DNA of 63,655 nt, filler included, from 7 parts of 7 records of this genome joined end to end with filler, not necessarily neighbours in it, one strand, 5' to 3'. Positions 48,459 to 59,653 are shown, counted from the first letter of the whole stretch. Numbers and translations are program-made. The notes: generated by a model from the letters alone, not told the origin.

Positions 48459-48558
48459 NNNNNNNNNNNNNNNNNNNNNNNNNNNNNNNNNNNNNNNNNN
48501 NNTTAATTAATTAANNNNNNNNNNNNNNNNNNNNNNNNNNNNNNNNNNNNNNNNNNNN
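48459..48558. other. Artificial contig spacer
   Basis: 44 N + TTAATTAATTAA + 44 N. Confidence 0.99.
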
Positions 48559-49911
48559 TTCTACAGCGCGCGTTTCCCCGCGCCAATGGTTTTCGTCCTT
48601 AACCCACCCGCGACGTTGCGCGACATATGTCCACGTCCGAATATAGGCCAATCTCTTGCTCAGTGCATCAATATCGCCATCTGTGCGGTCAATGCGCTTG
48701 ATTTGGCGTGCCAGCCAGTCGTCTGGCAGTGCGCCGCTCTGGTGCAGGTAGTTAAAAATAACCTCAAGCAGGTTGGCATGCTCCGAGTGGCTAATACCAC
48801 GAAAATCGGGGATTCGGCACACATCCCACAACAGACGCACCGACTCACCACCGCTTGCACGCGCCATCACCTCAGGTACTTGCGACAAGGTTTTGAGCGT
48901 ATTCAGATCATCCGCAGGCCGCGCCTTTAGCAGATTTTCGTCATCTGGGCTTTCCTCAAGCGCATGGATCAACGCATCCACAGTGCCAAATCGCAATGCC
49001 GCGTTCCGCCAGTTGAGCTTTTTCAGCGGCGTAAACCGATGCTCCATGATCGCCTGCGCCATACCTTCGTCAAGTGGCGGTGCCTCACCCGTCACCCCAA
49101 ACGATCCATGCGACATCCCGCGCCCCGCGCGACCCGCAATCTGCGCCAACTCATTGGGGGCCAAAGCCCGCATCCGTCGACCATCGAATTTGGTCAGCGA
49201 CGAAAAGGCGACATGATCGATATCCAGGTTTAGGCCCATGCCGATGGCATCCGTTGCCACCAGATAATCGACCTCACCGTTTTGATACAATTCAACCTGT
49301 GCGTTCCGTGTTCTTGGGCTGAGCGCGCCCATAACCACAGCAGCGCCGCCTTTTTGACGACGCAACAGCTCAGCAATCGCATACACATTCTCAACAGAAA
49401 ACCCGACTATCGCACTGCGAGGTGGCATTCTGCTTATCTTTTTCGAACCACCATAGACCAACTCAGACATTCGCTCGCGACGCACGAACTGCGCCTCGGG
49501 AACCAGCGCTTGAATGGGACCCCGCATGGTATCTGCGCCCATAAATATGGTTTCGATCAGCCCACGCGAGCGTAACAATCGGTCCGTAAACACATGCCCC
49601 CGCTCAGGATCGGCACAGAGCTGAATTTCATCGACAGCCACAAAATCTGCGCCCATCCCCTCGGGCATCGCCTCAACGGTGCACACCCAATATTTGGTTC
49701 GGGGCGGCACAATCCGCTCCTCTCCGGTGACCAGCGCCACAACAGAAGGGCCGCGGATTGCAACAATTTTGTCGTAGACTTCGCGCGCGAGCAATCGCAA
49801 CGGCAGGCCGATGATGCCGGTCCGATGACCCAACATCCGATCAATCGCATAATGCGTTTTGCCTGTATTGGTCGGGCCTAACACAGCCACGATTCGGGAT
49901 GGTGCGCTCAT
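48559..49911 (-). CDS. SUV3-like SF2 helicase, 3'-truncated
   Basis: GPTNTGKT, DEIQ, ATDAIGMGLN, QIAGRAGR. Confidence 0.92.
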
Positions 49912-49939
49912 CTTTGCCTCTGCCCCTTACGTTAGGACC

Positions 49940-50509
49940 TTAGAGTGACTGTCCCCGGACACCGGACTTCAGTCGTTTCACCGCCGTGGTTACTTGCTCA
50001 TGATGAGGATGTATAGACAGAGCGCGTTGATAGATTTCATAGGCGCGTTCAGGTCGATCCAATGCTTCGAATATCTGACCCAAACCAAAAATGGCGTTAT
50101 AATTATACGCATTCAAAGCCAAAGATCGCTCCAGATCCTCAAGCGCCACCCCTAATAGGTCAGACGCATAAAAGGCCGAAGCTCGGGCATGCCATCCTTC
50201 GGCAAATTCAGGGGCGTGGTCGGTCAAAGCGGTAAAATGTTCAATCGCAACGAGCATATTCCCCGCGTCCAACGCATCTCGTCCCCGTTTCAGCAACAAA
50301 TCCGCCGACACGGACCCAGATTTGGCCCATAACGCCTGCAATTGCCGATCCAAGTGCCGCGCCTCATCGGGTCCGGCCTGAGACAGCGCCGATAACAACC
50401 CTGTTTCATCTGTCGAATCAGCCTGTTGGGCATGTCCAGTTGCGGAAAACATGACTATCGCGGTGATTGCCGCGACGATACCTTTGAGATTGGGGTTTGC
50501 AATGCTCAT
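49940..50509 (-). CDS. Exported TPR protein
   Basis: Signal peptide; APEFAEGW TPR pattern. Confidence 0.85.
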   Translation of the reverse strand: MSIANPNLKGIVAAITAIVMFSATGHAQQADSTDETGLLSALSQAGPDEARHLDRQLQALWAKSGSVSADLLLKRGRDALDAGNMLVAIEHFTALTDHAPEFAEGWHARASAFYASDLLGVALEDLERSLALNAYNYNAIFGLGQIFEALDRPERAYEIYQRALSIHPHHEQVTTAVKRLKSGVRGQSL

Positions 50510-50578
50510 AACAAGAGTCAGTGTAGCGCAGGGTCCGGTATTGTCCAATGCCACGCCCACAGAAACATGAGGGAAACC

Positions 50579-50869
50579 ATGAGCGATATTCTTGAACAGG
50601 CCGCGGCCGAAATGAATGACAAACTGTCCGGCGGTGGATTTGACGGGTCAGCCAAATTTGCAATCGCAGATCTGGGCGCCATCGTTCTGGATGCCGACGG
50701 TGCGCGCGTCAGCGACGACGAAACCGACGTCACCCTGAGCGCAGATGCAGAAACATTCCAAAGCATCATTTCCGGCGAACTCAACCCCACCAGCGCCTTT
50801 ATGACAGGCAAGCTGGCTGTGGATGGCGATATGGGTATCGCGATGAAACTGGCGTCGGTGCTGGCCTGA
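50579..50869 (+). CDS. SCP2 sterol-binding domain protein
   Basis: LNPTSAFMTGKLAVDGDM. Confidence 0.92.
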   Translation: MSDILEQAAAEMNDKLSGGGFDGSAKFAIADLGAIVLDADGARVSDDETDVTLSADAETFQSIISGELNPTSAFMTGKLAVDGDMGIAMKLASVLA

Positions 50870-51849
50870 TGACGATTTCGCCGGCCCCCCTTTTCGAAGA
50901 CGTGGCCGGCGGTCCCGCCGGTGGAACCGCCCGTTGGGTAACCACTTCGGACAATGTTCGTATTCGCGTGGGGGCTTGGGCCCCTGCCTCTGACGCTAAG
51001 GGAACTGTTTTGCTTTTCCCGGGGCGCACTGAATACATTGAAAAATATGGCTCCACAGCTCAAGAGTTCGTGGATCGCGGCTATGCAATGCTGGCCATTG
51101 ATTGGCGCGGTCAAGGGTTGGCTGACCGTTTGCTCGACGACCCCCGCGTTGGGCATGTGGCCCATTTCACCGATTTTCAGAAAGATGTGTCAGCGGCGTT
51201 GCGTGTCGCACGCGATCTAGACTTGCCCAAACCTTGGCACGTGGTGGGTCATTCTATGGGGGGGGCAATTGCGCTGCGTTCTGTCATCGAAGGACTGTCT
51301 GTCCAAAGTTGCGCCTTTACCGGACCGATGTGGGGAATCTATTTCAACCCGGTTATGAAGCAGCTCAGCCGTCTCACCACCTATTGGGGACCGAAATTCG
51401 GACTGGGCCATAAAAACCCGCCTACCACCACGCTCGAAAGCTATGTATTAACGCAAGAATTCGAAGGCAACGTTCTGACCCGCGATCCCGACATGTACGA
51501 GATGATGCAACAGCAGCTAGAAGCCCACCCAGAGCTTTCCTTGGGCGCCCCATCTACCTTGTGGTTGGGCAATGCGCTGGACGAATGTGCGCATTTGGCG
51601 ACACGGCCCTCGCCCGATCTGCCCTGCCTGACCTTTCTTGGCACACACGAACAGATCGTTGACCGAGATGCCGTCCGCACCCGTATGCAAAACTGGCCGC
51701 GCGGCCAACTTGTCGAAATCCCCGATGGCGAACACGAAGTTCTGATGGAAGCCTCAGAGGTGCGAAACCCGGTATTCGACCAGCTAACATCGCTATTTGC
51801 GGGCAATGACCCCAAATCCGGCACCGCGCCTTTTCAACGTAGCGCCTGA
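50869..51849 (+). CDS. Lysophospholipase L2-like alpha/beta hydrolase
   Basis: PGRTEYIEKY, DWRGQG, GHSMGG, HEVLME. Confidence 0.9.
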   Translation: MTISPAPLFEDVAGGPAGGTARWVTTSDNVRIRVGAWAPASDAKGTVLLFPGRTEYIEKYGSTAQEFVDRGYAMLAIDWRGQGLADRLLDDPRVGHVAHFTDFQKDVSAALRVARDLDLPKPWHVVGHSMGGAIALRSVIEGLSVQSCAFTGPMWGIYFNPVMKQLSRLTTYWGPKFGLGHKNPPTTTLESYVLTQEFEGNVLTRDPDMYEMMQQQLEAHPELSLGAPSTLWLGNALDECAHLATRPSPDLPCLTFLGTHEQIVDRDAVRTRMQNWPRGQLVEIPDGEHEVLMEASEVRNPVFDQLTSLFAGNDPKSGTAPFQRSA

Positions 51850-51954
51850 TTTTCCGCTCTGATTAGAAACTCTGGCAATCAGGGCCCGCATCGCTTGTGG
51901 TGCCCTGTCGAGATGCCTAGATGTAGCGCAACAAAGATCAGAGATGAGGCTCAC

Positions 51955-53775
51955 ATGTTCCAACTTCCCTTTCCTGTCCGCGATGCAAATGCAGGTGGCG
52001 GCGCTGATGCTCTGGGTAATTTGCCGGAATGGGACCTGAGCGACCTCTACGCCAGCGAAAGCGCACCTGAACTCAAGAGGGATCTGGATTGGCTGGAACA
52101 GGCCTGTGCATCCTTTGCGGCTGATTTCGAGGGCAATTTGGCCGATCTGGACTCTGCCGGTTTGCTCGATTGTGTTCTGCGCAACGAACGGATCAACGCC
52201 ATCGCCGGACGGATTATGTCGTTCGCCGGTCTGCGCTATTATCAGCTGACCACGGATGCAGAGCGGGCAAAATTCATGTCCGACATGCAGGAAAAGATCA
52301 CGATCTTCACCACTCCGCTGGTGTTTTTCACCCTGGAGCTGAACCGGATCGACGATGCGGTTCTGGATGCTCATTTCGTAGCCAATGCTGATCTTGCCCG
52401 GTACAAACCCGTGTTTGACCGCATTCGTGCGATGAAACCCTATCAGCTCAGCGATGAGCTGGAAAAGTTCCTGCACGATCTGGGAGTTGTGGGCGATGCA
52501 TGGGAGCGTCTGTTTGACGAAACCATTGCCGGTCTTGGGTTTGAGGTCGACGGAGAGCCGCTCAACATCGAAGGTACGTTAAACCTTCTGACTGACCCTG
52601 TTCGCAGCAAACGCGAAGCCGCCGCACGCGAGCTTGCCAGCGTTTTCAGCATGAATATCAAAACCTTCGCGCGCGTTCATAACACACAAGCCAAGGAAAA
52701 AGAGATCGTCGATCGCTGGCGCGGCATGCCCACCCCGCAAACCGGGCGCCATCTGTCCAATGATGTCGAACCCGAGGTCGTGGAGGCGCTGCGATCAGCC
52801 GTAGTGGCCGCGTACCCCAAACTCAGCCACCGGTATTATGAGCTGAAACGCAAATGGCTGGGCCTGGATGTGATGCAAGTCTGGGACCGCAACGCCCCCC
52901 TCCCGCTGGAAGACACTCGCACTGTTGATTGGGCCACCGCCGAAGACACCGTAATGGAGGCTTATAACGCTTTTGATCCGCGCATGGGCGAAATCGCGGC
53001 TCCCTTCTTTGCCAAAGGTTGGATTGACGCGGCTGTGAAACCTGGCAAAGCCCCCGGCGCCTTTGCCCACCCCACGGTCACCGAGGTTCATCCTTATGTG
53101 ATGTTGAACTATCTCGGCAAACCACGCGACGTGATGACATTGGCACATGAGCTGGGCCATGGTGTGCACCAAGTGCTGGCCGCTGGTCAGGGCGAAATGC
53201 TGTCTTCGACTCCACTGACCCTTGCAGAAACTGCCAGTGTTTTTGGCGAGATGCTGACCTTCCGCAAGATGTTGGACAAGGCAGAAACGCAGGAACAGCG
53301 CAAGGTGCTGCTGGCCGGTAAAGTCGAAGACATGATCAACACGGTTGTCCGTCAGATCGCGTTTTACGACTTTGAGTGCAAACTACACGAAGCCCGCAGC
53401 CACGGTGAGTTGACTCCAGATGATATCAACCAAATCTGGATGAGCGTTCAAGGCGAAAGCCTCGGCCCTGCATTTGAATTCATGGATGGGTACGAAACCT
53501 TCTGGGCCTACATCCCGCACTTCGTCCACTCACCATTTTACGTCTATGCCTATGCCTTTGGCGACGGGCTCGTGAACGCGCTCTATTCGGTTTACGCCGA
53601 GGGAGGAGAAGGCTTCGAAGACAAATACTTCGAAATGCTCAAGGCTGGCGGCTCCAAGCACCACTCAGAACTTCTGGCTCCATTTGGCCTAGACGCCTCG
53701 GATCCCAAGTTCTGGGACAAGGGCCTATCAATGATCTCTGGCTTCATCGACGAACTGGAAGCGATGGAAGACTAA
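51955..53775 (+). CDS. pepF: M3 family oligoendopeptidase F
   Basis: PEWDLSDLY, HELGH, AETAS, PFYVYAY. Confidence 0.93.
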   Translation: MFQLPFPVRDANAGGGADALGNLPEWDLSDLYASESAPELKRDLDWLEQACASFAADFEGNLADLDSAGLLDCVLRNERINAIAGRIMSFAGLRYYQLTTDAERAKFMSDMQEKITIFTTPLVFFTLELNRIDDAVLDAHFVANADLARYKPVFDRIRAMKPYQLSDELEKFLHDLGVVGDAWERLFDETIAGLGFEVDGEPLNIEGTLNLLTDPVRSKREAAARELASVFSMNIKTFARVHNTQAKEKEIVDRWRGMPTPQTGRHLSNDVEPEVVEALRSAVVAAYPKLSHRYYELKRKWLGLDVMQVWDRNAPLPLEDTRTVDWATAEDTVMEAYNAFDPRMGEIAAPFFAKGWIDAAVKPGKAPGAFAHPTVTEVHPYVMLNYLGKPRDVMTLAHELGHGVHQVLAAGQGEMLSSTPLTLAETASVFGEMLTFRKMLDKAETQEQRKVLLAGKVEDMINTVVRQIAFYDFECKLHEARSHGELTPDDINQIWMSVQGESLGPAFEFMDGYETFWAYIPHFVHSPFYVYAYAFGDGLVNALYSVYAEGGEGFEDKYFEMLKAGGSKHHSELLAPFGLDASDPKFWDKGLSMISGFIDELEAMED

Positions 53776-53785
53776 AAGACAGAAC

Positions 53786-53818
53786 AAAGCAGCGCAGGAT
53801 TAAACCTGCGCTGCTTTT
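53786..53818. terminator. Bidirectional intrinsic terminator
   Basis: AAAGCAGCGCAGG-attaaa-CCTGCGCTGCTTTT between convergent genes. Confidence 0.9.
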
Positions 53819-53822
53819 GTGT

Positions 53823-54869
53823 TTAATATGGCATTGGATGGACGCGATGGGTCGCGTTGATCTCGTCCAGCACCTCTTGCGACAGCTCAACATCAACCGA
53901 TTTCAGAACATGTTCCAGCTGCGGCAGGGTCGTTGCGCCAAAGATCGCCGATGCCATGAACGGTCGTGTTCGGCACCACGATAGCGCCATGTGTATCGGG
54001 TCCAACCCATGTCGCGCCGCAATCTCAAGGTAAGCCGCAACCGCGTCATACACGCGATCGGAATGACGCCCACCCAGTTCAGGATTGATCGCTTTGCGTG
54101 ATCCGTCGGGAATGGCCCCCCCTTGATATTTACCAGTTAACAAGCCAGTCCCCAACGGCGAAAACGCCATCAATCCAACATCTTCGTTCACGCTCAACTC
54201 GGCCAAGTCGGTGTCATACATCCGACACAGCAACGAATACTCGTTTTGAATCGTGGCCACGCGCGGCCCTTTTCCCGCCTCGGCCAACCGCAGCCATTGG
54301 GCCGTGCCCCACGCGCTCTCGTTGGACAGACCAAAGGTGCGAATGTTGCCCTTGTCGACCTGTTCCTGCAACGCGCCCAAACACTCTTCCATATTGGCGA
54401 GCGTTTCGTCACGGTTCTGCCCGGATGGGTCAAAGGTCCAATTCTGGCGGAACATATAACTGCCCCGGTTGGGCCAATGAAACTGATAGAGATCGATGTA
54501 ATCTGTCTTAAGCCGTTTCAACGACCCTTCGATCGCTTCGGGTATGGTCTGCGCCGAGATTGGCGCCCCGCCCCGCGCATGGGCAAACCCAGCACCCGAA
54601 TGCTTAGTCGCAAGGATATAGTCGCCCCGCTGTGCCGCATTAGCGGCATTCCAGTTGCCAATAATCGCCTCGGTATTGCCAACCGTTTCCGCAGAAATCG
54701 GGTTCACCGGGTACATCTCAGCAGCATCAACAAAGTTAATCCCCGCAGACAGCGCCAGATCCATTTGCGCATGGGCCCTTGTTTCGTCTGTCTGGGTGCC
54801 AAAGGTCATTGTACCCAGACACAGTTCAGAGACCTCTAGGCCAGTTCGACCCAACGGGTTCATCTTCAT
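53823..54869 (-). CDS. Aldo/keto reductase (Tas-like)
   Basis: LGTMTFG, DAAEMY, DYIDLYQFHWP, GLSNE, QNEYSLL. Confidence 0.93.
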   Translation of the reverse strand: MKMNPLGRTGLEVSELCLGTMTFGTQTDETRAHAQMDLALSAGINFVDAAEMYPVNPISAETVGNTEAIIGNWNAANAAQRGDYILATKHSGAGFAHARGGAPISAQTIPEAIEGSLKRLKTDYIDLYQFHWPNRGSYMFRQNWTFDPSGQNRDETLANMEECLGALQEQVDKGNIRTFGLSNESAWGTAQWLRLAEAGKGPRVATIQNEYSLLCRMYDTDLAELSVNEDVGLMAFSPLGTGLLTGKYQGGAIPDGSRKAINPELGGRHSDRVYDAVAAYLEIAARHGLDPIHMALSWCRTRPFMASAIFGATTLPQLEHVLKSVDVELSQEVLDEINATHRVHPMPY

Positions 54870-54986
54870 GAGAAATCCTTTCGCTCGCGTTGCGGCAAAC
54901 CTAGCGAGCCTGTGTCCAAGAGCAAGTCCCCCTTGAGGCCGCGCCCTATTTCCGGCAGCGTCTCCTCATAGTCAGAGGAGAGAGAC

Positions 54987-55388
54987 ATGCCGCAAACCAT
55001 CACCAAAGGAATCAAGGCGTTGCTGGACGAAGCCAATGCTGTGGTCGACACTCTGCCCGTGGCAGGGGCCAAAGACCTGATCGAAGATCCGGCCTATCAA
55101 TTCATTGACCTGCGCGACATTCGGGAATTGCAACGCAGCGGCATGATCCCCGGCGCGTTCTCTTGCCCGCGTGGCATGCTGGAGTTCTGGATCGATCCCG
55201 ACAGCCCCTACCACAAAGAGATCTTTAATCAGGACAAAACATACGTGTTCTACTGCGCCAGTGCATGGCGATCAGCCCTCAGCGCCAAGATAGCCCAAGA
55301 AATGGGCCTGTCCCCGGTGATGCACCTCGAAGGGGGATTTGGCGAATGGACAAAACAGAACGGCCCTGTGGTAGAGAAGTCCAAATAG
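54987..55388 (+). CDS. Rhodanese domain protein
   Basis: IDLRD, YCASAWRS, LEGGFGEW. Confidence 0.92.
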   Translation: MPQTITKGIKALLDEANAVVDTLPVAGAKDLIEDPAYQFIDLRDIRELQRSGMIPGAFSCPRGMLEFWIDPDSPYHKEIFNQDKTYVFYCASAWRSALSAKIAQEMGLSPVMHLEGGFGEWTKQNGPVVEKSK

Positions 55389-55476
55389 GTCACGTGGATT
55401 GACAACCCGGTGAACAGAGCAAACTCCGCTCCCCATTTGTAAAAACATGGATACTCTGTTGGGCAAGGAGACTTCG

Positions 55477-56073
55477 ATGCCCAACTTATCCCGCCGCTCG
55501 GTTCTGCTATCTGTCCTCAGCGTGCCCTTTGCACATCCACTGTTCGCTGCCATGCGGCCTTACCAACTGGATGCGCGTAAATCGTCTGTCGGCTTTTATT
55601 TTAACCTCTCTGGGACCAACCAAAAGGGCACGATGCCTGTCCCCAGTGCCCAGATTAGGATTGATCCAACGGATTTGGCGCGCAGCACGGTTGATGTGTC
55701 CGTTGATGTCACGCGCGCCAAAACAAATTTCGTTTTTGCCCGCAATGCCATGCTGGGCGCTGAGGTGTTGGATGCCAAACAGTTTCCGACAATCCGCTTT
55801 GTCTCGACCCGTGTGCAATTGGGAAAAAGTGGCCGCATTTCCGATGGCGCGCGTATAACGGGTGATTTGACAGTGCGCGGTGTAACGCGCCCGATCACGT
55901 TAGACGCAGACCTTTATCGTCGCAGAGGCAGTGCATCCGCAGACCTGAGCACCCTCGACATTCGGCTTCGCGGACATATCAGCCGCAAGGCCTTTGGGGC
56001 CAGCGGATACAAAGAACTGGTCAAAGACACCATTGCACTGGATATACGCGCGAAAATCCAGCAGGGTAAATAA
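55477..56073 (+). CDS. YceI family protein with Tat-like leader
   Basis: SRRSVL leader; FPTIRFVS, GDLTVRGVTRP. Confidence 0.9.
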   Translation: MPNLSRRSVLLSVLSVPFAHPLFAAMRPYQLDARKSSVGFYFNLSGTNQKGTMPVPSAQIRIDPTDLARSTVDVSVDVTRAKTNFVFARNAMLGAEVLDAKQFPTIRFVSTRVQLGKSGRISDGARITGDLTVRGVTRPITLDADLYRRRGSASADLSTLDIRLRGHISRKAFGASGYKELVKDTIALDIRAKIQQGK

Positions 56074-56155
56074 AACTGCGAAACAGGTCAAAATCGACAT
56101 CACACGTCGAAAAACGGCTTGCCTCTTCTTGCAAGAGGCTCATCTTGAGACACTT

Positions 56156-57379
56156 ATGCGCCTGATCATCTCGTTTGCCGCCCTGTTCCTATCTGTCATC
56201 CTGCTCCAGCTCTCGACCGGCGGGGTTGGCCCCTTGGATGCCCTGTCAGGTATCACGCTTGATTTCAGCAACGAACAGATCGGTTTGCTTGGATCTGCAC
56301 ACTTTTTCGGCTTTTTCATCGGATGTTGGTGGGCCCCCCGTTTGATGGGAACTGTTGGCCACTCACGCGCCTTTGCGGTTTGTACGGCTTTGGGAGCAAT
56401 GGGGTTGATCGGGCACACGCTGACCGAAAACCCCTATGCGTGGGCGGCGATGCGGATTGCGTCCGGTCTCTGTGTGGCTGGCTGTTACACCGTGATCGAA
56501 GCCTGGTTGAATGCCAAGGTCACCAATGAAAACCGGGGCCGCGCCATGGGCACCTACCGGATTGTGGACATGGGCGCATCATTGGCTGCCCAGTTGATTA
56601 TCGCGGTCCTGCCTCCGGCAAACTATGTTTCGTACAATTTGCTGGCAATTTTGTGCTGTGCGGCCTTGTTGCCCCTGACATTAACGCGGGCAAGCCAGCC
56701 TGAAACACCATCGGCACCGCGCCTGCGCCCGAAACTGGCTTGGCGCTGCTCTCCCTTGGCTGTTGTTGGAGTGATCGTGGCCGCCCTCAGCTCTGCATCG
56801 TTCCGGATGGTTGGGCCTATTTACGGGCAAGAAGTTGGATTACAAATCGACCAAATCGCCTTTTTTCTAGCGGCTTTTGTCTTTGGTGGCGCTGCGGCGC
56901 AATATCCAATGGGATGGCTGGCAGACAAATATGACCGTCGCTGGGTGCTAATCTGGCTCTCGGTAGCGGCAATTGCAAGTTGCGGCCTTACGATGGTTGC
57001 AGGTCATGCTGGTACAATCGGCGTTATGCTGGCTGCCGGGTTCTTTGGCTTTACTTCATTTCCGATCTTCTCGGTCTCTGCTGCACACGCCAACGACTTT
57101 GCAACCTCTGAACAACGGGTGGAACTGTCTGCCGCGCTCATGTTCTTTTATGCACTGGGTGCCATTGCCAGCCCCTATGTTGCATCCAACCTGATTGATC
57201 TCTACGGCCCCTCTGCGTTGTTTGCATATGTTGCGGTTGGCCACCTGATGCTGATCATATTTGGCCTAACCCGCATGAAGGCACGCCCCTCGCCCGAGGA
57301 CCGCACCAATTATGTCTATGCACCGCGTACCTCGTTCACGATTGGTCGCCTGTTGAAACGATCCCGCGAAGGGCGCTGA
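56156..57379 (+). CDS. MFS transporter (YcaD-like)
   Basis: About 12 TMs; VGHSRAF, EAWLN, GWLADKYDRR. Confidence 0.9.
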   Translation: MRLIISFAALFLSVILLQLSTGGVGPLDALSGITLDFSNEQIGLLGSAHFFGFFIGCWWAPRLMGTVGHSRAFAVCTALGAMGLIGHTLTENPYAWAAMRIASGLCVAGCYTVIEAWLNAKVTNENRGRAMGTYRIVDMGASLAAQLIIAVLPPANYVSYNLLAILCCAALLPLTLTRASQPETPSAPRLRPKLAWRCSPLAVVGVIVAALSSASFRMVGPIYGQEVGLQIDQIAFFLAAFVFGGAAAQYPMGWLADKYDRRWVLIWLSVAAIASCGLTMVAGHAGTIGVMLAAGFFGFTSFPIFSVSAAHANDFATSEQRVELSAALMFFYALGAIASPYVASNLIDLYGPSALFAYVAVGHLMLIIFGLTRMKARPSPEDRTNYVYAPRTSFTIGRLLKRSREGR

Positions 57380-57472
57380 ACCAGCGCCTTTATTTCCACG
57401 TGATGGCTCTTTTGCTGGCCCCTCACATACGATAGACGGGCAAAAAGACAGATACGCGGGTACGGTACGGAT

Positions 57473-57514
57473 ATGGCACGGATTCTCATCACCTCGGCGA
57501 TCCCCTACATCAAC
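57473..57514 (+). CDS. metG: Methionyl-tRNA synthetase, first 14 codons only
   Basis: MARILITSAIPYIN at the contig edge. Confidence 0.8.
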
Positions 57515-57614
57515 NNNNNNNNNNNNNNNNNNNNNNNNNNNNNNNNNNNNNNNNNNNNTTAATTAATTAANNNNNNNNNNNNNNNNNNNNNNNNNNNNNN
57601 NNNNNNNNNNNNNN
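57515..57614. other. Artificial contig spacer
   Basis: 44 N + TTAATTAATTAA + 44 N. Confidence 0.99.
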
Positions 57615-57615
57615 T

Positions 57616-58392
57616 ATCGAGGTGATCTACAATCACGTGATCCTCGTGCTGAAAGGCGTCAGCCTGAATGTGCCCAAGGGTGGGATCACTGCCTTGTTGG
57701 GCGGCAATGGCGCAGGCAAAACGACCACACTCAAAGCCGTGTCCAACCTGCTGCGTTCCGAACGCGGCGAGGTGACCAAAGGCTCGATCAAATACCGCGG
57801 CTCTCATGTTCATGAGGCAGACCCCGCTGAACTGGTGCGCAAGGGCGTGATCCAGGTGATGGAGGGACGCCACTGTTTCGAACACCTGACTGTCGAAGAA
57901 AACCTGATGACCGGCGCCTATACGCGCGGTGATGGTAAGGCCAAGGTGCAGCAAGATTTGGAAATGGTGTACAACTATTTCCCCCGTCTCAAGGAACGCC
58001 GCCGCTCGCAGGCTGGCTATACCTCGGGTGGGGAACAGCAGATGGTCGCCATGGGCCGCGCCTTGATGAGCCGCCCTGAAACCATCCTGCTTGACGAGCC
58101 GTCCATGGGTCTGGCCCCACAGCTGGTCGAAGAAATCTTTGGCATCGTTAAGGACCTGAACGAAAAAGAGGGCGTGTCCTTCTTGCTGGCGGAACAGAAC
58201 ACCAACGTGGCCCTGCGGTTTGCGCATTACGGCTACATTCTGGAATCTGGCCGCGTCGTGATGGATGGCCCCGCCGCTGAACTGCGCGAAAACCCGGACG
58301 TCAAGGAATTCTATCTTGGCATGTCCGATGATGGCCGCAAAAGCTTCCGGGATGTCCGGTCCTATCGCCGCCGTAAGCGGTGGCTGAGCTAA
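57616..58392 (+). CDS. LivF-like ABC ATP-binding protein, 5'-truncated
   Basis: GGNGAGKTT, SGGEQQM, LDEPSMGLAP. Confidence 0.92.
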   Translation: MEVIYNHVILVLKGVSLNVPKGGITALLGGNGAGKTTTLKAVSNLLRSERGEVTKGSIKYRGSHVHEADPAELVRKGVIQVMEGRHCFEHLTVEENLMTGAYTRGDGKAKVQQDLEMVYNYFPRLKERRRSQAGYTSGGEQQMVAMGRALMSRPETILLDEPSMGLAPQLVEEIFGIVKDLNEKEGVSFLLAEQNTNVALRFAHYGYILESGRVVMDGPAAELRENPDVKEFYLGMSDDGRKSFRDVRSYRRRKRWLS

Positions 58393-58406
58393 TGAGGGAT
58401 CAGGCA

Positions 58407-59624
58407 ATGACACCATATGATACCCTAGAACTCCGCAGTGATGACGAACGCGCCGCTGATCTGGCCCGGGCTTTGCCGGAACAGATCGCCCGCGCCCAAA
58501 GCGCGCCGGGCTATGCCGGATCGCTGGCCGGTGTGGACGCCTCCGCGATCACCAGTGCCGCTGATCTGGTCAGCTTGCCCGTGCTGCGCAAATCTGAACT
58601 GAGCCGCGCACAGGCCGAAAACGCACCCTTTGGCGGGTTCACGGTCAAACCGGCCACTGGATTTGCCCATATCTTTCAATCTCCCGGCCCGATCTATGAA
58701 CCGGGTGGGGTGGATCACGACTGGTGGCGCATGGGGCGGTTCCTGCACGCTGCTGGAATTGGTCAGGGTGATATCGTCCAGAACTGTTTTGGCTACCACC
58801 TGACACCGGCTGGCATGATCTTTGAAAACGGCGCCCGCGCTGTTGGCGCGGCTGTTCTGCCCGCCGGAACAGGTCAGACCGAGTTGCAGGTAAACGCCGC
58901 GCGCGATGTGGGCTGTACTGCCTACGCCGGCACGCCGGATTACCTCAAGGTGATCCTGGATAAAGCCGACGCGATGGGCGTGAAGCTCAACTTCACCAAA
59001 GCCGCTGTTGGCGGTGGCGCACTGTTCCCATCCCTGCGTCAGGAATACGCGGACCGGGGCATCTCGTGTTTGCAAAGCTATGCCACAGCGGACCTGGGCA
59101 ATATCGCCTATGAATCCGCCGCGATGGAGGGGATGATCGTCGACGAACATGTGATCGTTGAAATCGTCACTCCGGGCACAGGAACGCCGGTGGCACCGGG
59201 CGAGGTGGGCGAGGTGGTTGTGACCTCCCTGAATCCCGACTACCCCCTGATCCGGTTTGCCACTGGCGATCTGTCTGCGGTCCTGCCGGGCCAGTCGCCC
59301 TGTGGCCGCACCAACATGCGGATCAAAGGCTGGATGGGTCGCGCTGACCAAACCACCAAGATCAAAGGCATGTTTGTGCGCCCTGAACAGGTCGCCGCCT
59401 TGGTTGAAAAGCACGACGACATTGTCAAAGCGCGTGTGATCGCCAAGCGGGACGGTGAAATGGACACCATGACCGTTCAGATCGAAAGCGCCGCCAGCGA
59501 TGAAATGGCCTATGCCAAGTCGGTGATCGAAGTGCTGAAACTCAAGGCCGCAATCGAAGTTGTCGCCCCCGGTAGCCTGCCCAAAGACGGCTTGGTGATC
59601 GAGGATCAGCGCAAATACGACTGA
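58407..59624 (+). CDS. Phenylacetate-CoA ligase family protein
   Basis: SPGPIYEP, YATADLG, RFATGD, IKGMFV. Confidence 0.88.
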   Translation: MTPYDTLELRSDDERAADLARALPEQIARAQSAPGYAGSLAGVDASAITSAADLVSLPVLRKSELSRAQAENAPFGGFTVKPATGFAHIFQSPGPIYEPGGVDHDWWRMGRFLHAAGIGQGDIVQNCFGYHLTPAGMIFENGARAVGAAVLPAGTGQTELQVNAARDVGCTAYAGTPDYLKVILDKADAMGVKLNFTKAAVGGGALFPSLRQEYADRGISCLQSYATADLGNIAYESAAMEGMIVDEHVIVEIVTPGTGTPVAPGEVGEVVVTSLNPDYPLIRFATGDLSAVLPGQSPCGRTNMRIKGWMGRADQTTKIKGMFVRPEQVAALVEKHDDIVKARVIAKRDGEMDTMTVQIESAASDEMAYAKSVIEVLKLKAAIEVVAPGSLPKDGLVIEDQRKYD

Positions 59625-59653
59625 CGCGGTACAGCCTTTGCGGAACGTGATAT

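Noticed and set aside
48559-59624. Contig 6 and the start of contig 7
   Set aside because: Ordinary Rhodobacteraceae-type core genes; nothing unusual seen
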